A stretch of 53,852 nucleotides of DNA, the filler included, from Stramenopiles sp. TOSAG23-3 (taxonomy: Eukaryota): the NCBI GenBank assembly GCA_900128585.1. It is 4 parts of 4 records of this genome, joined end to end, with 100 filler letters (N's around TTAATTAATTAA, not from the genome) between each part and the next. Parts side by side here need not be neighbours in the genome. Positions count along the whole stretch, not along the records: positions 24,847 to 49,585 come from LT642301.1; positions 49,686 to 51,719 come from LT645139.1; 2 more parts are not named here. The stretch is one strand, 5' to 3'. The notes beneath the pieces are model-generated. The model saw nothing but the letters and a program-made list of their open reading frames with translations. It had not been told where the DNA came from and did not search any database. Of the stretch, positions 40,823-50,544 are shown piece after piece (position 1 is the stretch's first letter; each line of letters begins with the position of its first letter). The position numbers and the translations under genes were made by a program.

Positions 40823-43708
40823 ATGGACCGTGAAGGCATTTCGTTGGGGGGGAATGGCCGCGTCGGGCTTTCGGGGGAGGACAGGGTTCTTTCCGCTGAG
40901 GATAAGGGAGAGAATGCGGGGCGGGCGTGGCTGTACGGTTCGACGGTAGTGTCGAACACTCGTTCGACGATATTTTTGCTTGGTGTGGTACGGTACATTA
41001 CCCTTGGGATCACGGTGTACCATTTCATCCCGTTGTTTTCCCTCTGCTTGCCGGCGTCCCTTGGGCTCCTGCTTGTCTTGTTGTGCGCGTGGTGTGACGA
41101 CGGGCGGGCGACCGGGAACGCGTCGTCCCTCCAAGTCGCCCTGGCCGTGAGCCTTGCGTACGACCTTGCAACGTTGGTGGGAATGTGCACGGTTGGCATT
41201 CAAGTTGTGTTTGCCCTTTTGTCCGAGCCATCGGGCGGCATCAACGATTACCTGGCGTGGGTCTACTGGGTCGCGCTGCTGTACGCGTGCGTGACGTCGA
41301 TCTCGCTCTGCTGCCAAGCGTACGTCCTGCGGACGATCTGCCTGGGGCGGCTCTGCTGCTGCGGGCGCGGGAAGCCGATGAAGGCCCGGAAGCCGCCGAC
41401 GGACGCGGGGCAGTACTACACGGTGGCGGAGAGCGTGGAGTCCTCGGACGTCTCGGAGTATGGGAACGACGACGTGTACGGCCTCGGCGGCACGGACGAT
41501 GGGCTCGAGGACCTCATGGACATCAACCGGGCCAACAAGAGCTACGACAGCAACGGCGGGTTCACCGACGTCGCCCAGCGCCGCCGACTTTTCCCCATGA
41601 TCCTCCTGGGCATCGTTACGCTGGTGGTCGTTATCCTTAACATTTGGGGAATCCACGACACGATGCTCATGTTCGCGATGGAACCGACGCCAACGAAGGC
41701 GGCGCAAACGCCCAGCGGGGTCGGGTGCGACCCGTTCGTGAACGAGGCCTGCGCCCTCCCCTTCCCCAGCGACATGTACCTGGAGGAGGACAGCACGACC
41801 CACTCCCAGAAGCGCGTGCAGTTCTCCCTCGAGGCGTTCCCGGAGACGAAGTTCGGCAAGGTCAGCCCGTGGGCTTGGAACCTTCAGGACGGGTTCAGCA
41901 CGACCGCGCCGGCGCTGTTCTCGTTCGCGGAGAACGTGACGACCTCCAACCTGATCCGCTGGGAGGCCATGGGGGCGTACGCGTTCCCGAACGCGACGAC
42001 GGTCCTGCTGAACAACAGGACGGGCGAGAAGGTGGCCCACTTCGTCGACCGGGACTCGTTCGACCTGAACTACGGGCACCCGAAGGAGGAGCCGGACCTT
42101 TTGATCCTTCAGCCCGGCCACGTTTTGGAGTTCAACACGACGTACATCGTCGCGGTCCGCCACCTGATCTCGGAGAACTCGGGCGACCGGGTCAAGGCGT
42201 CCCCGGCCTTTGCCGCGCTCCGCGACGGGAAGGTCCCGCCGAGGGAGCTCCAGGAGGTCTACGGCGTCTCGAACGAGAGGGCGGACCGGTACGACCGGTA
42301 CGTGTTCCCGGCGCTCGCGGCGGCGGGGTTCGCGCGCTCGGAGCTTCAGCTCGCGTTCTACTTCTCCACCACGTCCAGGGAGGAGAGCCTGGGGCGGTTC
42401 GAGCACATCCGCGACGCGACGATGAAGAAGTACCCGCACGGGCCGAAGGACTTTGCCATCACGAGCGCGGTGACCCACGAGTGCGCCGCGCCCGGGACGA
42501 ACGTCTCCGCCAACGGGGAGGGCACGGCGACGTCCCCGATCGCCGTCGAGCTGAACGGGCACTTTCTCACGGACAACTACCTGTCCCACCCGGGCCCCGG
42601 GCCCCAGTCGTACTTTCACACGACGGCGGAGGGGCCGTCGACGGGGTACGGGATCAAGCCGATGCCCGAGGTGAACGGCCAGGCGAAAGTGAACTTTATG
42701 CTCCAGATACCGTGCTCGATCTACACGAAGAAGGCGCCGGCGAAGCGAGTGCTCCAGTACGGGCACGGGCTGTTCGGGTCCCGCGCGGAGAGCCGGGGGC
42801 ACTACCTTCAGGCGCTCGCGGACCGGTTCGAATGGATCATCGTTGCGACGGACTGGGTCGGGATGAGCAAGTACGACGTTTTGGGGGCCCTCCGGGTGTT
42901 CATGAGCCGGCTGGGGGAGTTCCCCGCCATCCCGGAGCGAACGATGCAGGGGTTCCTGGACAATACGGTCATGCTCCAGCTTTTGCGGGGCCACCTGTCC
43001 AAGGACCCGCACCTCCGTATCCCGGGCACCATGGCGCCCTTCATCGACAAGGGCACGGAGTTCAGCTACTACGGGAACTCCCAAGGGAGCGTCATCGGCG
43101 GGGGGTACTTTTCCGGCTCCACCCTCCTGAAGCGGGCCACGCTCGGGGTGCCGGGGTGCCCGTTCGCCCTGATCCTGTCCCGGTCGAAGGATTTCTCCCC
43201 GTACCACGCGGCCTTCAAGTTCCAAGTCAAGAGCCAGCGGGACTTGCGGATTTACATCAGCCTGGTCCAGCAGCTCTGGGACCCCGCAGAGAGTGGGGGG
43301 TGGCTGCACGTCGTCCGGGACAACAATTGGACGGGGTACCCGAAGAAGCAGGTCCTTCTCCAGGCCGCGATCGGGGACGCCCAGGTGGCCATCGTGGGGG
43401 GCGAGTTCATGGCGCGAAGCTACCGCGCGAACACGGTCACCCCGCAGACGAAGCCCGTGTACGGTGTCCCAGAGCGTGCGCCCCCGTTCGACGGGAACGG
43501 GTTTGTCGAGTGGCTGTACGAGGACGTCCCCCCGACCCCCTCCACGGACGTCCCGCCCGCCCACGGAGACACGCACGAGTGCCCCCGGCGGGAACGGCGG
43601 GCACAGGAGCAGATGTTCAACTTTTTTACGAGCAAGCAGGTCATGCAGCCCTGCCATCCTGGCGTTTGCGAGTCCAAGACCTGCCCGAAGGGCAACTCGC
43701 ACAATTGA
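40823..43708 (+). CDS. Multi-pass membrane protein fused to a bacterial-type extracellular lipase-like alpha/beta hydrolase (961 aa)
   Basis: About 5 hydrophobic segments in the N-terminal 280 aa; CALPFPSD, DGFST, YGHGLFGS, ATDWVGM, nucleophile elbow YYGNSQG, GDAQV, THECPRR. Confidence 0.82.
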   Translation: MDREGISLGGNGRVGLSGEDRVLSAEDKGENAGRAWLYGSTVVSNTRSTIFLLGVVRYITLGITVYHFIPLFSLCLPASLGLLLVLLCAWCDDGRATGNASSLQVALAVSLAYDLATLVGMCTVGIQVVFALLSEPSGGINDYLAWVYWVALLYACVTSISLCCQAYVLRTICLGRLCCCGRGKPMKARKPPTDAGQYYTVAESVESSDVSEYGNDDVYGLGGTDDGLEDLMDINRANKSYDSNGGFTDVAQRRRLFPMILLGIVTLVVVILNIWGIHDTMLMFAMEPTPTKAAQTPSGVGCDPFVNEACALPFPSDMYLEEDSTTHSQKRVQFSLEAFPETKFGKVSPWAWNLQDGFSTTAPALFSFAENVTTSNLIRWEAMGAYAFPNATTVLLNNRTGEKVAHFVDRDSFDLNYGHPKEEPDLLILQPGHVLEFNTTYIVAVRHLISENSGDRVKASPAFAALRDGKVPPRELQEVYGVSNERADRYDRYVFPALAAAGFARSELQLAFYFSTTSREESLGRFEHIRDATMKKYPHGPKDFAITSAVTHECAAPGTNVSANGEGTATSPIAVELNGHFLTDNYLSHPGPGPQSYFHTTAEGPSTGYGIKPMPEVNGQAKVNFMLQIPCSIYTKKAPAKRVLQYGHGLFGSRAESRGHYLQALADRFEWIIVATDWVGMSKYDVLGALRVFMSRLGEFPAIPERTMQGFLDNTVMLQLLRGHLSKDPHLRIPGTMAPFIDKGTEFSYYGNSQGSVIGGGYFSGSTLLKRATLGVPGCPFALILSRSKDFSPYHAAFKFQVKSQRDLRIYISLVQQLWDPAESGGWLHVVRDNNWTGYPKKQVLLQAAIGDAQVAIVGGEFMARSYRANTVTPQTKPVYGVPERAPPFDGNGFVEWLYEDVPPTPSTDVPPAHGDTHECPRRERRAQEQMFNFFTSKQVMQPCHPGVCESKTCPKGNSHN

Positions 43709-44479
43709 GAACGTGCGAGAGCAGGGGTAATGTGATATCGGGCGGGAGAAGAGGCACGTAAGAATATTGTCGGACGAAACGAGCAGTACAGTGGAGGAAT
43801 AGTCGTTACCAATTAGTTCGCACGAGGCAAGAATGCTTTAATGGAAAGCAATATATATATTGTATAGACCGCAGCATCAGTGCTAATTTGAGTTCCTTCA
43901 GGGTTCAGACGTTTTGACAAATTTTATAATAAAACAAACAAAAATTATGACAAACATTTTATATTTTTTTCAGAAAAGAATTCTTAATGTATACACCGCT
44001 TCCCTCTCAAACTTGCGCTGTTCTTTCCAAAACAAAACAGAGGTGCGTCTTTAGCGCCATCAAGCACCCCTTTCAAAGGCCACGCAGTGCCTGAAAAGAC
44101 GACGGCAAGAACGGCCGAATTGCCATTTACAAGGAGCTAAGGGGGGCCCATGTCGACGAAGGATTTTAGGATTTTGTGTCATTTCACACCTTCTTCTTCA
44201 AAGGAAACCCCTTATCTTATACTTTTGTTTCTTTTTGCTTTCTGTTCCTTTTGTCAACGAGGAAGGTGGAGTGGGAGAGATTAGAGGAGAAAGGGGGTGA
44301 GGGGGCAGGATGAAGGATAGGAAGAGAACAAGGTTCTTAAATACAGACAGAACTTAACATGGAGCTACCAAAATGAGTAAAAGAAAAGATACTTCTCGTA
44401 CACATACGATGGTGGCAAGAATTCCCGTGCCGAGGGTCGGTCCTGTTTGCAATGGTCGGTTCCGAGGTCGTCCTTCCCG

Positions 44480-45325
44480 TTACCGTTTCCCCCTCTCCCT
44501 GTTGCGCCTGGATTTCCCGGGCCGGTTGGTCTTTTTGCCGCCCTTTTTGTTCCCATCGTTCCCGCGGCTGCCGCCACTCCCGCCGCCACTCCCGCCGGCG
44601 CCACGGTAGCCTCCCCCGGCCCTTCCGCCTGCACTTTTAAACCCTCTCCTGCCCCCGCCCTTCTTTTTCCCAAGCTCTTGCTCGACGGCAATGTCAATGT
44701 CAAACCCATTGTTGTTCTTTCGACGCTTCCGTATCTGCTTGATGGCGTCAATGGCGGCCCGTTTCTCTGCCGCCTTGTTCTTGATCTTCTCGGCGTTCAG
44801 CTGCTTTCCAAACTTCTTGTGCTCCTGGTTCTTCTTTCGCCGTTCGAACGCGGCCATTTTCCGCTCCTCGAACAGGAGGGAGTCCCGGATCCGCTGCATG
44901 TGGTTGTCGCTCTTGAGCATTTCCGCGTAGTAGTCGTCCGGGCGAAGGTAGGGCACGTTCATCCCATCGAGCCTCTTTCTCGCCTCTGCGACGGCTGCCT
45001 GGGCCTGGGCGTAGAACGCCGTCTCGCGCTTCAGGTCGTCGTCCGCGTTATCGATCGCCTCGGCGAGCGGGACGCGGGAGACGACGGCGAGCGTCTGCGG
45101 AAAGTCTAGCTCGAGGGCAATCTCGTCCGTCTTTGCAATGAGGGCCCGGTTGTTGTAGACCATGGGGGCTTTCCCTCCCGCGCCACCCTTCCCTTGCTCT
45201 GCACGTACCTCATTCAACGCCCTCATTTCCGCATCTAGCTCAGTATCCCCGTGTTCCAACTGCGCCTCCTGCTCGTCTTCTTCCCGTCGCCGTTTCTTCG
45301 CCCCACTCCGGTCTTTCTTTCCCAT
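44480..45325 (-). CDS. EBP2: rRNA-processing protein EBP2
   Basis: DDDLKRETAFYAQA, YLRPDDYYAEMLKSDNHMQRIR, KKFGKQ, C-terminal RPGKSRR; start MGKK. Confidence 0.95.
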   Translation of the reverse strand: MGKKDRSGAKKRRREEDEQEAQLEHGDTELDAEMRALNEVRAEQGKGGAGGKAPMVYNNRALIAKTDEIALELDFPQTLAVVSRVPLAEAIDNADDDLKRETAFYAQAQAAVAEARKRLDGMNVPYLRPDDYYAEMLKSDNHMQRIRDSLLFEERKMAAFERRKKNQEHKKFGKQLNAEKIKNKAAEKRAAIDAIKQIRKRRKNNNGFDIDIAVEQELGKKKGGGRRGFKSAGGRAGGGYRGAGGSGGGSGGSRGNDGNKKGGKKTNRPGKSRRNRERGKR

Positions 45326-45617
45326 GCTGCCTGTCGGTATTGGTTGGTTGGTAGGGAAGCTCGAAACTTCGTTACTTGGCAGCCGTCGTCGTCGGTAACG
45401 CGGTATACTCCTCACAAACCTCTGTCTAAAGCAACTATCTCACAATTGCAGTCAAAAACAATACAAAGGCTCGTTTAACACTCTTTCTTTAATCGAACGA
45501 ACGATGATAGTTTTCTTTTTCTCCCTTTCGCACACTATCTCCATTGCGTTCGTTCTTTCATATCTCCTTCTTCTTCTTCTTCGTTTCTTTTTTTGCGTTT
45601 TTTTTTTTTTTTTCGCG

Positions 45618-45653
45618 AAGAAGAAAGAAAGAAGAAGAAGAAAGAAGAAAGAA

Positions 45654-45686
<33 letters not shown>

Positions 45687-45763
45687 AGAAAGAAAGAAGA
45701 AAAAGAAGAAAGAAAGAAAGAAATCTAAAAAAGAAGAAAGAAGAAGAAGAAAGAAAGAAAGAA
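45618..45763. repeat. (GAA)n/(GAAA)n polypurine tract
   Basis: Read directly from the sequence. Confidence 0.9.
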
Positions 45764-46140
45764 AATTTAAATATAGTGTTATCTATAGGGTTTTAATAGA
45801 TAGGAATAATGAACAGTTATAAGTACACATAATTAATATACTTATACCCAGCGTGGTTTTTAGCCACAAATAATTGTGATCGTTATTAAGGACATCATTG
45901 CTTCGTTTTATTTTTTCATACAATCTACATACAACACCACAAACAATAAAACAATAAGAAAAAAAAAAAAAAAAACATTCAGTTCATTCCATCCTCTCTC
46001 TCTTTCCTTAACGTTGAAAATGGTGTTCATACCCTATAATACCCTATAATATAACACTGATATATAATAATAATAATAAAAGTACATTTATTCCTATTAA
46101 AAAGACTTAATTTATTTGTTGATTTTGTTGGTTCTTTTTT

Positions 46141-46141
46141 C

Positions 46142-46213
<72 letters not shown>

Positions 46214-46245
46214 TTTTGTTTCTTTCTTCTTTCTTTCTTTCTTTC
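46141..46245. repeat. (TTTC)n polypyrimidine tract
   Basis: Read directly from the sequence. Confidence 0.9.
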
Positions 46246-46580
46246 GATTCATTTTTTTCTCTTCGACGTCATTTCTTCCTTTTCCAATGCGTCATATTAT
46301 ACACGGCGTCACCATCTCTCCAAGAAGAAGAAGAAGAAGAAAAGAAGAAGAAACGAATTTTAATAATAATAATAATACTCTTCTTCTTTTTCCCTTTTCT
46401 TTCTTTCTTTTTCTTTCTTTCTTTCTTTACAACAAAAGAATTCAACCAAAAGGATCCTGGAGAAAGAGAGTGAGAGAGAGAAAGACGATTCGTACGCGTT
46501 TATTTTTTGGTATATCAGGTGTTTTTCTGCCTTCCTTCTTTCCTTCTTTCCTTCCTTCCTTCCTTCTACCTTCTTTCCCC

Positions 46581-48080
46581 ATGCTTTCCTTCACTCCGTC
46601 GTTCCGCCGGGTGGCGACGGCGCAAACCATTCGGCGAGCGGCGTCCCGGGCCTCGCGGGCCTTCTCGTTGTCGCCTTCCGCGGCAGGCGAGGGGGGCGGG
46701 GATGACAGTGCCTCGACGTCCAAGTCGAAGCTTCTCCACTCGTTGTCGACGGTAACGGACGAGGAAGTCGTCGACTTGGTGAACAAGGGCAAGGTGTCCC
46801 AGTACAAGCTGGAGAAGGAGCTGAAGCGGTCCGTGGAGGCCGGGGCGGACCCGGACTGCACCCGGGCCGTGCGGATTCGACGAAAGTGGCTGGACGAGCG
46901 CATCCAGCACGACGTCAAGACGGAGGGGGGGGTGTACCCGGACGTCGACACCCCGCTGGACATCGACGAGGAGAAGAGCTCGAACGGGCTCCCGTACGCC
47001 AGCTTCGACTTCAATAGCTTTTACCAGGAGGTCCTCGGGAAGAACTGCGAGAACGTCATTGGGTACATCCCCATCCCCGTCGGCTTCGTCGGCCCGCTTC
47101 GAATGAACGGGCGGAACGTCAACATCCCCCTCGCCACGACCGAGGGGGCCCTCCTCGCGTCGACGAACCGGGGGTGCCGGGCGATCACGCAGAGCGGCGG
47201 GGCCGACAGCGTCGTGTTCAACGACGGGATGACCCGTGCCCCCGTCCTCCTCATGCCCTCCGCGATGCGGGCCGCGGAGATGAAGGCCTGGCTCGACGAC
47301 GAGGGCAATTTCAAGGCCATCAAGGCCGCCTTCGAGTCCACGACCCGGTTCGGGAAGCTCCAGCGGATAAAGGTATCGATCGCTGGCCGCAACATTTTTC
47401 TGCGCTTCGTGTGCACCACCGGGGACGCCATGGGGATGAACATGATCTCCAAAGGGTGCATGGAGGCCCTCAAGGCCCTCTCCGTCCCGTTCCCGGACTA
47501 CGAGCTCCTCGCCGTCAGCGGGAACATGTGCACGGACAAGAAGCCGTCCGCGGTCAACTGGATCGAGGGCCGCGGGAAGAGCGTCGTGGCCGAGGTCACC
47601 CTGAGCGGAAAGGTCATCGTCGACGTCCTCAAGTGCACCGTCCAAAGCCTGGTCCAGCTCAACACCGCCAAGAACTTGGTCGGGAGCGCGGTCGCCGGGT
47701 CCCTCGGGGGGAACAACGCCCACGCGTCCAACGTCGTCACCGCGATATTTTTGGCCACCGGGCAGGACCCCGCCCAGAACGTAGAGAGCAGCAACTGCAT
47801 GACGCTCATGGAGCCCGTCAACGACGGGAACGACCTGCACGTCAGCGTCACCCTCCCCATCGTCGAGGTCGGCACCGTCGGCGGAGGCACCGGGCTGGCC
47901 GCCCAGCACGCCTGCTTAGAAATGTTAGGCGTTGCCGGGGCAAACCAGGAAAACCCAGGGCAGAACGCGAAGGACTTGGCGAAGATCGTTGCCGGGGCCG
48001 TCCTGGCCGGGGAAATCTCGTTGATGAGTGCCTTGGCAAGCAACCATCTGGTCAGCGCCCATATGAAACTCAACCGGTAG
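46581..48080 (+). CDS. HMGR: Class I HMG-CoA reductase, soluble form with putative mitochondrial presequence
   Basis: CENVIG, ATTEGAL, TGDAMGMNM, GNMCTDKK, GQDPAQN, GTVGGGT, HMKLNR. The upstream in-frame extension is translated microsatellite, so the start is taken at MLSFTPSFRR. Confidence 0.95.
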   Translation: MLSFTPSFRRVATAQTIRRAASRASRAFSLSPSAAGEGGGDDSASTSKSKLLHSLSTVTDEEVVDLVNKGKVSQYKLEKELKRSVEAGADPDCTRAVRIRRKWLDERIQHDVKTEGGVYPDVDTPLDIDEEKSSNGLPYASFDFNSFYQEVLGKNCENVIGYIPIPVGFVGPLRMNGRNVNIPLATTEGALLASTNRGCRAITQSGGADSVVFNDGMTRAPVLLMPSAMRAAEMKAWLDDEGNFKAIKAAFESTTRFGKLQRIKVSIAGRNIFLRFVCTTGDAMGMNMISKGCMEALKALSVPFPDYELLAVSGNMCTDKKPSAVNWIEGRGKSVVAEVTLSGKVIVDVLKCTVQSLVQLNTAKNLVGSAVAGSLGGNNAHASNVVTAIFLATGQDPAQNVESSNCMTLMEPVNDGNDLHVSVTLPIVEVGTVGGGTGLAAQHACLEMLGVAGANQENPGQNAKDLAKIVAGAVLAGEISLMSALASNHLVSAHMKLNR

Positions 48081-48942
48081 AGACGGGCGAAGGGTGCTGC
48101 TTTATTAAACAGAGGAGAGGAGGAGGAACCAAGTGAAAATAATGAACCTATGTGGGTGTGGGTGTGTAATATTGTTATGATATTTTTTAAAGGGTCAACT
48201 CTTTTTTTGTACAATAACTGTGTCATTTGGTATCATAGCAAATGAGAATGAAACATGTGATGAATACTAAACTGGGACTGAGATGAAATTTAAACCTCTC
48301 TTGTACGCGATTACCCAAGTAATGAAAAACAAAATTACCCAATTAAAAAGTGGTAAAATACAAAACGGAAAAAATGCGGGGGGGTTTAATTGACACAGGG
48401 GGTGAAGTTTCTGAAGAGGTGGGGTTGTTTCTTGTTTCATTAAAACCAGGAAAAACGTACGAACTAAAAAAACAAAGTGTAATAAGAAGAAGAAAGAAGA
48501 GAAGAAGAAGAAGAAAGAAGAAGAAAGAAGAAGAGAGAAGAAGGGGTTTCATCATCAATAATCAGCCAGCGTTTCATTCAGGTTTTCCATAATTTATTTT
48601 ATTGTTGTTGGTTGTTAATTAATTTCAATTGTATTTTAATGTTATTTTCTGTTGTTGTGATTATAATATTGTCGTCCCTCTTCTTCTTCTTTCTTCTCCT
48701 TCATCCTTCATCAACGAAAGAAGAAGAAGAAGACGCAGAAGAAGAAACAAATAATAATAGAAGTAAAGGCAGATGGAATCAACGAGGATGGAATGGAATG
48801 GTTCCCAGTTCCCAATAATGCACATTGTTTGGAACAAAACAAAACGAACAAAGTACATTCAATTGACTACACATATACGGCACGTTCAGTTTCACCTAGT
48901 ATTATTATACCCTCCAGATCAAATTCTACCTTGCACAACTAT

Positions 48943-49585
48943 ATGGGAGGCGCGGCGTCCGTGAAAAGCGAGGGGGAGGTCCGAACGATGAACCCTGCGG
49001 GGCTGGAAGCGTACGCGTTGGAAAGTGGCATGTCGTCGTTCGTGGCAGGAACGATCAAAACGCACGAAATTAGCGGGGACTTTGCGTACGAATTGGACGA
49101 CGAAACGATTGGCGAGATCGCAGGGAACAGCCTGCTTCAAAAGAAAAAGCTGCTGTCGGCCGTTGGCAAGCTGCCCCGGGGCGGCGGGGGGCCCGACTCC
49201 GTAGAGTCCATGGCCAACGCCGCGGAAGAGCTGGAAGGCGAGGCGCGCGACCTTTTCGGACGGTACGATAGCAACGACGACACGTACTTGGACCAAGGCG
49301 AGTTCACCGTCCTCCTGTCGAACGAATTTGGCATCCCGCCGGACGACGTCGCCCCGGTGTTCGACGAGTTTGACGACGACCACGACGGGAAGATATCGTT
49401 CGCAGAGTTCGTGCGGCACCACAACGCCCTCGTGGAACGGCAACAGCGGCGTACGCGCGGGGGGGTTGTCTCCGCCACCCAGGCCGTGAAAACGGGGCAA
49501 ACCCTCGCCGGAATGTTCCCCAAAGGCAAGCGCATTGCCGTCGTGTTCGCGTGCGACGATTACACAGGGTCCGAGCACGACGGCA
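48943..49585 (+). CDS. N-myristoylation motif + SAM-like domain + EF-hand pair, possibly followed by a caspase-like domain; 3'-truncated
   Basis: MGGAAS; HEISGDFAYELDDETIGEI..QKKKLLSAVGKL (SAM-like); DSNDDTYLDQGEF and DDDHDGKISFAEF; KRIAVVFACDDY just before the gap. Confidence 0.78.
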
Positions 49586-49685
49586 NNNNNNNNNNNNNNN
49601 NNNNNNNNNNNNNNNNNNNNNNNNNNNNNTTAATTAATTAANNNNNNNNNNNNNNNNNNNNNNNNNNNNNNNNNNNNNNNNNNNN
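49586..49685. other. Artificial contig linker
   Basis: 44 N + TTAATTAATTAA + 44 N. Confidence 0.98.
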
Positions 49686-50544
49686 TTTTTTTTGGAGAAG
49701 AAGGAAAAAGAAGAAGAAAGAAAAGGAAGAAGAAGAAGAAGAAAGAGAAAAAAAGAAGAAGGGGCTTTTTTATTGGCCATTGCTACTTCGTACCGTATAA
49801 CACCGGTAAACCGCATCATTCATTACTTCCTCTTCCTCCTTCCCATTTTCAAAAAAAAGTTCACTGTTGCTGTACTTATGTATTTAAATATATATCAGAA
49901 TATCGAGACGTGATGAAAAGAAGAAGAAAACTGAAAAAATATCCAGTAATTAATGAATGGTATGGCACATGGCACCAGAGTCCAGGCTTGTTAAACATTT
50001 AGAAAGAAAAGGGAAAAAAAACCTTAATACTATATTATAATTACCTAAAAAAAAATACGCCTCGTTATTTTATTTTATCTAAATTATTAATAAAATTTAA
50101 TTCATTCAGTTTATTAAACATCAAAAAGCTGCTGTGGTGTACTAAAATTTTCTTCACCACTGTTGTTTGGAGTCGTTCTGCTGTTCTGTCTTTCTTCTAC
50201 GAGGATCTATTATTATGGGGTGTATTTAAAAAAAAAAAAATGTTTTTTTTTTATATATTATTATTATTATTATTTTTTATTTATTATTATATTATTATAA
50301 TAAAAAATGGGTTTAAATGTAAAATAAAATAGATAGATATCGGTTTAGGTATTTTTTAAAATTGAATATACACACACACATATACACGGTGTTTATGAAT
50401 TTCAAAGCGACTCCGAGTCCGTCTGTCTCTGTGCATACATTGGTACGTTTCGTATCCATAGGATATTCGAAACCCCTTGACCGATTCTTTTTTTGTTGGG
50501 GGAAGGGTTTGCCCTGCAGTTGGGGGTAGTTGGTGCTTGTGTTT

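Noticed and set aside
46116-46580. Phe/Leu/Ser-rich N-terminal extension resembling an HMGR membrane domain
   Set aside because: It is translated (TTTC)n, GAA and AAT repeats starting at a TTG; coding-like GC starts at ATG 46581.
48257-48281. GTGATGA...CTGA box C/D-like pair (also near 49910)
   Set aside because: The boxes are only about 14 nt apart, too close for a snoRNA, and there is no terminal stem.
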